DNA of 64,000 bases from the NCBI GenBank assembly GCA_021324855.1, contig JAJPIG010000009.1, positions 44,138 through 108,137 of the forward strand, written 5' to 3'. The notes beneath the pieces are model-generated. The model saw nothing but the letters and a program-made list of their open reading frames with translations, searched no databases and was not told the DNA's origin. This document shows, piece by piece, positions 56,739 through 64,000 of the stretch. The stretch is from Pseudomonadota bacterium. Lineage in GTDB: Bacteria; Desulfobacterota; Binatia; Binatales; Binataceae. The position numbers and the translations under genes were made by a program. Every line of letters begins with the position of its first letter. Position 1 is the first letter of the stretch.

Positions 56739-57395
56739 ATGAAAATCGTCTCGTTCGGCGACGTGCATATGGCGACGCGCAACCTGGCCCTGATGGCCGA
56801 GGCGTTGCGCGATTGCGATCTGATCATCGTCTCCGGCGACCTTACCAACTTCGGCGGCATCGACGACGCCCGCAAGGTAATCGACGACGTTCGCCGCGCC
56901 TGCCCGCGCGTGCTGGCGCTGTCCGGTAATCTCGACAAGCGCGAAGTGATGCCGTTCCTTGAAGAGCAGGGCGTTGCACTCCACGGCAAAGGCAGGGTCG
57001 TCGACGGCATCGCGATTTTCGGATGCGGCGGCTCGAACATCACGCCGTTCAAGACGCCTACCGAACTCACCGAAGATGAAATTTACGCGACTCTCCGCGC
57101 CGGCTACGAACAGGTCAAGGACCGGCGCCCGCTGCTGATGGTCTGTCATACGCCGCCGTTCGAGACCAAATGTGATCGCATCATGAATGGGCGCGCGGTC
57201 GGCAGCACGGCGGCGCGCCGCTTTATCGAGGAGGTCGGTCCTGAGGTCTGCATCTCGGGACATATTCACGAATCGGCCGGTGTCGATCGCATCGGCAGCA
57301 CGACCATCCTGAACGCCGGCGCGTTCAAGGATGGCGGCTACATCGTGGTCGAGTGCGACGGCGGTCGTCTCGATGCGCGGCTCGAGCACGTCTGA
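56739..57395 (+). CDS. Calcineurin-like metallophosphoesterase
   Basis: GDVH, SGDLTNFG, SGNLD, CHTPP and SGHIHE motifs in canonical order. Confidence 0.85.
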   Translation: MKIVSFGDVHMATRNLALMAEALRDCDLIIVSGDLTNFGGIDDARKVIDDVRRACPRVLALSGNLDKREVMPFLEEQGVALHGKGRVVDGIAIFGCGGSNITPFKTPTELTEDEIYATLRAGYEQVKDRRPLLMVCHTPPFETKCDRIMNGRAVGSTAARRFIEEVGPEVCISGHIHESAGVDRIGSTTILNAGAFKDGGYIVVECDGGRLDARLEHV

Positions 57396-57407
57396 AGTTT
57401 CATTGCG

Positions 57408-58133
57408 ATGAGGTTGCGGGCGGTCTTCTTTGATGCGGCTGGGACGCTGTTCACATCGCGCGCGCCGGTGGCTGCCTCCTATGCGCGAATCGCGCGCCAT
57501 CACGGCGTCGAGGCCGACGAACGCGCGGTGCGCGCCGGGTTCATCCGGGCGTTCCACGGCGCAACCGCGCTGGCCTTCGGTCCCGGTCTGGCGGCGTCCG
57601 AACTTCGGCGCCGCGAACGCGAATGGTGGCGCGCGGTGGTGCGCGAGAGCTTCGCAGGTCTCGGCCAGTTCGACGACTTCGACGATTTCTTCGATGAGCT
57701 GTTCGCCTACTTCGCCGATCCCGCGCACTGGATAGCGTTCGCCGGCGTGATCGAGCTGCTCGGCAACTTGCGCACGCGCCGGCTGAGCCTCGGTGTAATC
57801 TCAAATTTCGACTATCGGCTGTATCGTATCCTCGAGGGCCTTGGCCTCTCACGCTACTTCGATTCGATCACGATTTCTTCCGAGGCCGGTTACGCCAAGC
57901 CGTCGCCCGAAATTTTCCGCGCCGCGATGCGACGTCAGGCGGTCGAACCCGCGACGGCGATCCACGTCGGCGACTCGGAGCCGCTCGATGCGGAGGGCGC
58001 GCTCGCCGCGGGAATGACGCCCATAATCGTCGAACATCGCCCGGGCGCACCGATTGCCTCAGCCGGCGGCGTGATGCGCGTGCCCACGCCGCGTCAGATC
58101 GCTGATGCAATCGCGATCATCGAGCGCGCCTGA
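57408..58133 (+). CDS. HAD-superfamily hydrolase (subfamily IA-like)
   Basis: Motif I FFDAAGTLF, motif II GVISNF, motif IV HVGDSEPLD. Confidence 0.85.
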   Translation: MRLRAVFFDAAGTLFTSRAPVAASYARIARHHGVEADERAVRAGFIRAFHGATALAFGPGLAASELRRREREWWRAVVRESFAGLGQFDDFDDFFDELFAYFADPAHWIAFAGVIELLGNLRTRRLSLGVISNFDYRLYRILEGLGLSRYFDSITISSEAGYAKPSPEIFRAAMRRQAVEPATAIHVGDSEPLDAEGALAAGMTPIIVEHRPGAPIASAGGVMRVPTPRQIADAIAIIERA

Positions 58134-58184
58134 TTTCCATGGCGTTTCCAACCGCACTGCCATTCGCCTATTCTTGGCGATCCG

Positions 58185-58589
58185 ATGCTCAAGCGGATTC
58201 ATCATGTCGGCATCGTCGTGCCGAGCCTCGAGGACAGCCTGCGTTTTTGGCGCGATCTCCTCGGCCTGACGCTCGCGAAGAGCGCGACGCTCGAAGACCA
58301 GGGCGTGCGCGCCGCGCTGCTGAAGCTCGACAACAGTGAAATCGAGCTGCTCGAGCCGCTCTCGCCTGACAACGGTGTGGGACGGTTTCTTTCGCGCGCC
58401 GGGGGCGGACTTCATCATGTATGTTTCGAGAGCGACGATGTCGGTGGCGATCTCGAGGCGGCGCGCGCCCGCTCGCTCCCGTTGATCGACGAGCGCCCGC
58501 GACCCGGCCTCGCCGGCATGATATGCTTCCTGCATCCGAAGGCGACGCACGGCGTGCTGGTCGAATATGCCCAGCCGCCCGAGGAGTAG
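58185..58589 (+). CDS. mce: Methylmalonyl-CoA epimerase (VOC family)
   Basis: IHHVGIVVPSLEDSLRFW, EIELLEP, GGGLHHVCF and HPKATHGVLVEY, the typical MCE pattern. 134 aa. Confidence 0.85.
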   Translation: MLKRIHHVGIVVPSLEDSLRFWRDLLGLTLAKSATLEDQGVRAALLKLDNSEIELLEPLSPDNGVGRFLSRAGGGLHHVCFESDDVGGDLEAARARSLPLIDERPRPGLAGMICFLHPKATHGVLVEYAQPPEE

Positions 58590-58591
58590 CG

Positions 58592-58816
58592 ATGCCGATA
58601 TACGAATATCGATGCGACGATTGTGGACGCGAGTTCGAAGCGCTCGTGATGCCGGGGCGAGCGGATGCCGAATGTCCCGGCTGCAGCGGCGTCAATCTGC
58701 GGCGCGAGATGTCGGTCTTCGCGGCGCACGGCGGCGACGGCGCGGCGGCAGAACCCCTGAGCAGGCCCTCGCGGCCGGGCGGCGGATGCTGCGGCGGCGG
58801 CTGCGGGTGCGCGTAG
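58592..58816 (+). CDS. FmdB-family zinc-ribbon protein
   Basis: MPIYEYRCDDCG...CPGCSG double CxxC, plus the family-typical Cys/Gly tail GGCCGGGCGCA. Lies inside the listed ORF 58421-58816. Starts 2 nt after the epimerase stop. Confidence 0.8.
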   Translation: MPIYEYRCDDCGREFEALVMPGRADAECPGCSGVNLRREMSVFAAHGGDGAAAEPLSRPSRPGGGCCGGGCGCA

Positions 58817-58983
58817 GACCGCGCAAAACGGCGGCCTTTTTGCCGATTTGAAACCGGTAGGCAGGATTCACGTCTAATCGTGTCAGGAATAGCAGGGTTG
58901 CCCGTCGCGGGGTCAAATAGGAAGATCACGGGTACAGAGCTCAATAAATGTTGGTGGGGACGTTGTCAGAGGCTCCATCGCAG

Positions 58984-60171
58984 ATGACCAAACCTAGGCG
59001 CAGCTTCAAGCTTTCCGCGGCCTTCCTCCTGATTGCCGCCGCCGCGATTGCCATCGTTCTGCCGGCTGCCGCGCAGGCACCGCAGCTTAATCAGAATTTT
59101 CAGCTTCCGAAGCAGGGCGGCTCGTCGACGCTCGAGCTCCCCGCGCAGCCGCGGCAGCCGGGCTCCGAGTCGCTCACGATTCCATCGATGCCGGCGCCGC
59201 AGGGCGGGAATTCGACCGACATCGTGCCGCCTATCGAGCAGCAGCCCGGACAGGCGCTGGTGGTGCCGCCGCATGAGCTTGCGCGCCAGCCCGGCTACGA
59301 GCAGGTGACGGTCACCGTCACCAACCCGCAGCACGGTTACGAGACCAACCTCACCAAGAACGATTTCCGGCTCTACATCGACGGCCAGCAGCGCCCGATC
59401 GAATTCTTTCGCCAGGATTTGAACACGCCCGTCTCGGTTGGAATCCTGGTCGATACTTCCGGCAGCATGCAGCCCAAGATTCCCCAGGCGCGCGCCGCAA
59501 TCGCGCAGTTCCTGATGGACCTCAACCAGCGCGACGATGTTTTCCTGTTCGCCTTTTCGATGCGCCCGTTTTTGTTGCAGGGCTTCACGATGAATCATGC
59601 GCTGGTCGCGAGCCGTCTCGCGCTGCTCCATGCGTACGGACAGACCGCGCTTTACGACGCCATCCTCGACGGGCTCCTGATGGTCGAGCACGGGCGCTAT
59701 GACAAGAAGGCGCTGCTGGTGGTGACGGATGGGATGGACAACAGCAGCCAATCGTCGCTGCCGCAGGTGATCGAGCAGGCGCGCCGCCTCGGCGTGCTGA
59801 TCTACTCGATCGGCATCGGCGATCCGAACGGCTCCTCGATGCCGGGGCTCGCAATCGGCCCGTTCATCTTCGGCGGCGATATCGATCGCGTGGATGCGCA
59901 GACGCTCAGGACACTCTCGACTGAGACTGGCGCGCGGACCTTCATTATCCGCGAGGTCGGCGACGGCGAGGCGCTGCGCGAGGCGACCACCACTATCAGC
60001 CGCGAGCTGCGCGAGCAGTACACGGTCGGCTTCACGGCGCCCGATCCCTCGGCCGGCGGCTATCGGAGCGTGCGGGTCGATGTGCCGGGACATCCGGAGG
60101 ACAGCGTCCGGGTGCGCAAGGGCGTGACCGTCGGCCCGGGCTCGTCATACGCATCGAATCCGTCGCCGTAG
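58984..60171 (+). CDS. Secreted VWA-domain protein (VWFA-related Acidobacterial-type architecture)
   Basis: Start trimmed to MTKPRRSFKLSAAFLLIAAAAIAIVLPAAAQA (signal peptide). N-terminal beta-sandwich VTVTNPQHGYETNLTKNDFRLYIDGQQRPIEFF, followed by the MIDAS motif LVDTSGSM. Confidence 0.8.
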   Translation: MTKPRRSFKLSAAFLLIAAAAIAIVLPAAAQAPQLNQNFQLPKQGGSSTLELPAQPRQPGSESLTIPSMPAPQGGNSTDIVPPIEQQPGQALVVPPHELARQPGYEQVTVTVTNPQHGYETNLTKNDFRLYIDGQQRPIEFFRQDLNTPVSVGILVDTSGSMQPKIPQARAAIAQFLMDLNQRDDVFLFAFSMRPFLLQGFTMNHALVASRLALLHAYGQTALYDAILDGLLMVEHGRYDKKALLVVTDGMDNSSQSSLPQVIEQARRLGVLIYSIGIGDPNGSSMPGLAIGPFIFGGDIDRVDAQTLRTLSTETGARTFIIREVGDGEALREATTTISRELREQYTVGFTAPDPSAGGYRSVRVDVPGHPEDSVRVRKGVTVGPGSSYASNPSP

Positions 60172-60172
60172 T
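60133..60172 (+). repeat. Direct repeat copy A (last 12 codons plus stop of the VWA gene)
   Basis: GGCCCGGGCTCGTCATACGCATCGAATCCGTCGCCGTAGT. 38/40 identical to 61585-61624. Confidence 0.9.
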
Positions 60173-60296
60173 CGGCGTCGATCTGGTCCTGATGATGGAG
60201 GCGGTCCGACGTCAGAGCCGTTACCGCCGAGTTGTGCGGGGCGCGGGGCAGGCTTACAAGCTGCCGATCGTCGACGAGATCAGACCGGTGGCGGAA

Positions 60297-61322
60297 TCAC
60301 GCGACGGCAGCCTCGATCAAGCTCAGGCGGCCGGCGGCCACGACCCGCGTCACCCGGAAGCCGCTTTCAGAGAGCAGGTCGCGATGCTCGCTCTCCGTCC
60401 GTTCGCATCCCCCGGCTCCGCGTAACATATTCAGATCCGACAAGATGGCGGACAGATGTTCCGCGTTGGGCTCGAGGTTCCCGGGTATGGCTCGATCGAT
60501 CACGGTCAGCCGCGCGCCGTGTTTCAACGCGCTGTGACAGTTTTGCAGGATTCGAACGCAACGTTCATCGTTCCAGTCGTGGATGATGCTCTTCAATACG
60601 ATTGCATCCGCACCACGCGGCACTGATTTAAAGAAGCTCCCCCCGACAAACTCGGCTCTTTTCGCGACACCGGCGGCGGTCAGATTGCGTCTCGCTCCAT
60701 CTGCGCAGTACGGCAGATCGAATACGATGCCGCGCATGGATGGATACTTCGTCAGGATCGCGCTCATCAGCTCGCCGAGCCCGCCGCCAACATCCATCAA
60801 TGTCGATATTCCGGAGAAGTCGCACGCGGCAAGCACGTCCGGCAGCGTGACGCGAGTCACCGAGGCCATGCCTTCGTTAAACAAGCCGGCCTGTTGCGAA
60901 TCCGCCAGCCTCTCGAAACGCTCCTGGCCAAGCCCTGCAAGCTCGCCAGCAGTCTTACCGGTGCGGATGGATTCGATGAGCCCACTCCATCCGGCTCTCA
61001 GCATTTCTCCCTCTACGAGGACCCACGCCTTTAGTGAGCGCTCAGACCGGGCCGCGAGACGGGTCCCCATCTCCGTCAACAGAAATCTGGCGTCCGCCGC
61101 TTCCGTGCAGATCGCCAAGGTGAGCAATCCGCGCATCAACCGAAGCAGCGATCGCTGGTCGGTGTCGGTCAAGCGCGCCAACTCTGCGGCGGTCTTGGGA
61201 CCTTCGAAAAGGAGATCGGGGATGCCCAGCTTGGCAGCCACGTAGACGACGGCCGTAACACGATGGCCGGCGATCAAATCCATAAGCGTGTTTGCCGATG
61301 GATCGGAACATTCGGTGGGCAT
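60297..61322 (-). CDS. Class I SAM-dependent O-methyltransferase (Methyltransf_2 / ASMT-COMT-like, with N-terminal dimerisation domain)
   Basis: LMDVGGGLGE (motif I DVGGG), GGSFFKSVPRGADAIVLKSIIHDW. AGGAG RBS before the ATG at 61322. Confidence 0.85.
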   Translation of the reverse strand: MPTECSDPSANTLMDLIAGHRVTAVVYVAAKLGIPDLLFEGPKTAAELARLTDTDQRSLLRLMRGLLTLAICTEAADARFLLTEMGTRLAARSERSLKAWVLVEGEMLRAGWSGLIESIRTGKTAGELAGLGQERFERLADSQQAGLFNEGMASVTRVTLPDVLAACDFSGISTLMDVGGGLGELMSAILTKYPSMRGIVFDLPYCADGARRNLTAAGVAKRAEFVGGSFFKSVPRGADAIVLKSIIHDWNDERCVRILQNCHSALKHGARLTVIDRAIPGNLEPNAEHLSAILSDLNMLRGAGGCERTESEHRDLLSESGFRVTRVVAAGRLSLIEAAVA

Positions 61323-61584
61323 TGCAGGCTCCTAGTTTCGCGCGATTCTGACTGACTGCCTCGGCCGGCGCCAGCGTCCGAGGATACGATAACTTCAGTC
61401 ACGCGGGTTGACGAAGCAGCAAGTTGAGGTCTTCCTCGCGCCTCCCTGCTCAGAATGTCCCGAGGTGGTTCGCGGACTGAGCGATAGCGCGTGTCGCCCA
61501 GAAAGATCGCGCCATCAGAAATAGCCCACGCCATCACGAGTTCCTTTTCATAACGGAAGGAGCTGTCGCTTTTTGCTCGGCTTA

Positions 61585-61624
61585 GGCCCGGGCTCGTCAT
61601 ACGCATCGAACCCGTCACCGTAGT
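61585..61624 (+). repeat. Direct repeat copy B (orphan copy of the VWA gene 3' end)
   Basis: GGCCCGGGCTCGTCATACGCATCGAACCCGTCACCGTAGT. The two differences from copy A (60159 T/C, 60165 G/A) fall on third codon positions and are synonymous in the VWA reading frame. Upstream of copy B the frame is closed by a TAG at 61522. Confidence 0.9.
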
Positions 61625-61733
61625 TTGCGCCGCCGCAGCGAGCAGTGGAGTGTTGCATAGCCCGTGCGAGCGGCGTCCTTAGCCTCTCCTTGGATAAGAG
61701 AGGGAACAAGGAGGGGCGCCGCACATCCAATCA

Positions 61734-61769
61734 GGGGCGAGCGGGAGGTCTTTGCCTCCGGCTCGCCCC
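61734..61769 (-). terminator. Strong hairpin 11 nt downstream of the surface-protein stop codon
   Basis: GGGGCGAGCGGGAGG (61734-48), TCTTTG loop, CCTCCGGCTCGCCCC (61755-69). 14 of 15 positions pair. There is no clean U-tract on either strand. Confidence 0.5.
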
Positions 61770-61779
61770 GAAGAGCAGC

Positions 61780-64000
61780 CTACTTCCCGATTCCCTCCAG
61801 CTTGACGTGCTGCGGGCTGTTGAACGCATCGTCGGTGAAGATCAACTCGCCCGGACGCGAGCCGGCCGCAGTCGGCGTAAAGGTCACCCAGACCTTGCAC
61901 GCCGTCTTGGGCGGCAGCGAACTCGCCGGGCAGGCGTCGGCGCCCGTCGTCACCTGGTAGTCGCCGCTCGTCGCCGCCGAGAACGACATCGCGACCGGAT
62001 TCCGGTTGGCGACCTTCACGAACTTGGCGCTGCTCGGCGTGTTGAGCGGCTGCTTGCCGAAGCTCAGCGATCCGGTCGAGATCGAGAGCGCGCCCTGATT
62101 GCCGTGGCCGACGAGCTTTACCGTCTGCGCGTTGTTGATCTCTGCGTTGTCGTAGACCATCAGCGTGCCGGTGCGTTTGCCGGTCCGGTCGGCGAGAACG
62201 TAAGCGCGATCTTGCAGCTCTTCTTCGGATCTAGCGACACATCGCAGGTAGTCGGCGGTCCCGACACGATCGTGAAGTCGCCGGTGTTCTCCGCGCCGAG
62301 GAAGGTGACGGTCAGCTTCTGCTTTTTGTTCTTCGGGTTGAAGACATGGACGATGAGCGGCTTGGTGACGCCGCCGACGCCGCCGAGCTCACCCTGTGCC
62401 GGGAAATGCAGCGCATTGGGAGTGACCCTCAGCTTCGCATCCTCGGGCGGCGCGGTGAACATGAAGCCGGATGAGGCGTGGGCCGAAGTCAGGTTGCTGT
62501 TGCCGGCAAAATCGGCGGTGATCGGGCGCGACGGATTGCCGGGTATAATCTCTGGGCTGACCTGACAACTCGCGTTGCCGTGCGTGTCGGTTGCCGCGCT
62601 GCAGGTGTCGTTGCCGAGGCCGAGCGTTACCGACTCATTGACCACAGGGACCGGTGGATTCTTCGATACATCGGATAGCGATGCCACCAAGGTGATCGGA
62701 TTCCCTGGGATGCCGCTCTTCGGGCTCAGATTGAGCGTCAGGAACGCAGTGTCCTGTCCCGGATCCCAGGTTACTTCGACCGGATTGGAAGCCAGCGACG
62801 TGTTGTTAACTACGCCACTCGCGACAACTGTGTCGGACCCGGCGAGTCTTCCCGTATAGCTGAACGCGGCCTGCCCGTTGGCGTCGGTCCTTGCCATTTT
62901 CGCCATCGCGTTATCGCCAGTCACAGAAAGGAGAACGGGTGTTCCCGCTGGCACACTCGCGTAATGAAAGGAGGCGGTAAAGTTCTGCGATGCTCCCTGC
63001 ACCGGATTCGGGGCTACCGTGCTGGGTGTGAGGCTGATCGAAGGAGGTTGTGTGGTTGGCCCGAAACCGCAGGTGCCGTCGGTCTTGGTGACTCTCGAAA
63101 CAGTCGGACCTCCCGCAACGTAAAGGCATCCATCCGGTCCGATCGCGAAGTTGGACAGCCCCGAGGAAAAGTCCGTCGTGATTTGCACGGCAGGCGCCGC
63201 CACTGGACCCGTGAGGTCAATCGTCTGAATACCTTGGCCAAGCCCGTCTTGTGCCGGCTGGGGGAAAATGATGAACTGCGCGTCGCCGCTCGGCTGCATC
63301 CCGCCCGGAGTAATCCCTAAAGAACCGAAGAGCGTGATCGGCGCTCCGCCGGCGGTCATCAGCGTGCTAACTACCGGCGGCGAACCAGCGCTGACTCGCG
63401 CGATCTCGCATCCAACTCCGCCTGCGCAGAACAGATCATAGAGCGTACCGTCCGGAGCAACCGTGACTTGCAAATTCTCCACGTTCGATGGGGGAACCTG
63501 GGTATAAACCGCGGTGCTCGGACTCGAACCGTCGATTCCTGTGACTTGCCAGATGTTGTCATTGCCACCCTGAACGACGTTGCAAAAGTCGATCGCGAAC
63601 AGGGCCGGAATGGTCGGATTTAGCGCCATCGAGCCGAGACATTCGATCCCCGACGCGATGGCCGTCCCGACCGCGCCCGTGGACAGATCAACGGGAACTA
63701 TATCGCCATTGGGGCCGCTCACTGAGGCTTCGCTCGCGAACATGTTACCTGCGGGATCGATCGCGACGCCGCTGGCGGGCGCCTTCACCGTCGTAAACAA
63801 ATGACTCGCGTCGGCTGTTCCGCCCGACGGACCGAACTTGTAGATTTTTCCGGTCGGCCAATCGGTCACGTAAAGATTATCCGACGAGTCCCACGCCATT
63901 CCCCAGGCGCCGAAGCAATTGTAGAAAAAGCCCTGATTGCCGCTTGAAACTGTGAAGCCGCTGGCAAACGTGCTAGCCAGGAAGCCGTTGGCCGGAGCGA
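61780..64000 (-). pseudogene. Large secreted/surface protein (NHL-type beta-propeller plus Ig-like and choice-of-anchor-D-like domains), interrupted by one frameshift near 62182; 5' end beyond the window
   Basis: The frame of ORF 62160-63899 stays open upstream to nt 64000 (...NCFGAWGMAWDSSDNLYVTDW..., NHL-like). The last beta-sandwich domain is split: ...SCKIALTFSPTG continues as KRTGTLMVYDNAEINNAQTVKLVGHG in the frame of ORF 61780-62160. This parallels the intact next repeat TFTPTAAGSRPGELIFTDDAFNSPQHVKLEGIG. Confidence 0.6.

Noticed and set aside
58740-58816. The Cys/Gly-rich C-terminal tail (GGCCGGGCGCA) of the small zinc-ribbon protein, considered as a RiPP-like precursor core.
   Set aside because: This tail is a common feature of FmdB-family zinc-ribbon proteins. 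No modifying enzymes (radical SAM, cyclodehydratase, lanthionine synthetase, peptidase/exporter) are adjacent.
61274-61730. ORFs 61274-61618(-) and 61548-61730(-) upstream of the O-methyltransferase, considered as additional cargo genes of the insertion.
   Set aside because: They overlap the OMT start or the repeat copy B, lack RBS and family motifs, and have low-complexity composition. They are more likely non-coding promoter/leader DNA.
62158-62162. TGATG stop/start overlap between ORF 62160-63899 and ORF 61780-62160, considered as translational coupling of two separate genes.
   Set aside because: The junction falls in the middle of a beta-sandwich repeat, and the downstream ORF begins with the last two strands of the domain started in the upstream ORF. 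A frameshift explains the data better than two genes.
1-64000. CRISPR arrays, IS elements or transposases, integrases, rRNA genes, intact tRNA genes, and known defence-system hallmarks (restriction enzymes, Cas, abortive-infection ATPase-nuclease pairs).
   Set aside because: Scanning intergenic regions and all ORFs longer than 60 aa on both strands showed no regularly spaced repeats, no DDE/tyrosine/serine recombinase motifs and no tRNA cloverleaf apart from the selC-like relic. The absence is by eye only and should be confirmed with the standard tools.

Overview
High-GC bacterial chromosomal window that is almost entirely coding. I count about 57 protein-coding genes. I found no rRNA, no intact tRNA, no CRISPR array and no recognisable transposase or integrase. 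The ORF track reports the longest ATG/GTG/TTG ORFs, so I trimmed several starts by hand. Main blocks: (i) The tail of a BatA/VWA module at 1-3.1 kb, plus a complete paralogous MoxR-DUF58-BatA-VWA operon on the minus strand at 10.7-18.4 kb. (ii) Scattered repair and envelope genes: ATP-dependent DNA ligase, Tag, Nth, PBP5-type carboxypeptidase, bactofilin, and a GT2-methyltransferase fusion. (iii) An aromatic-acid/catechol meta-cleavage cluster at 27.7-37.1 kb with an unusual gene complement. (iv) A Ycf48-like lipoprotein translationally coupled to an HAE3/MMPL-like RND transporter, followed by an aromatic-amino-acid decarboxylase. (v) A visibly lower-GC segment holding an ArsR-rhodanese fusion regulator divergent from a TolC-MFP-RND efflux operon. 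(vi) Selenocysteine machinery: selB, and a selD that is itself a selenoprotein (in-frame UGA at 52073-52075, missed by the ORF track), preceded by a decayed selC-like sequence. (vii) Housekeeping genes, a secreted VWA protein whose last 13 codons are duplicated 1.45 kb downstream around an O-methyltransferase gene, and a large frameshifted NHL/Ig-like surface protein that runs off the window. I did not find a self-evidently new multi-gene system. The best candidates are the ArsR-rhodanese/efflux unit, the Ycf48-RND pair, the non-canonical aromatic cluster and the repeat-flanked methyltransferase insertion, all given modest interest scores. The taxon cannot be assigned from the sequence alone.
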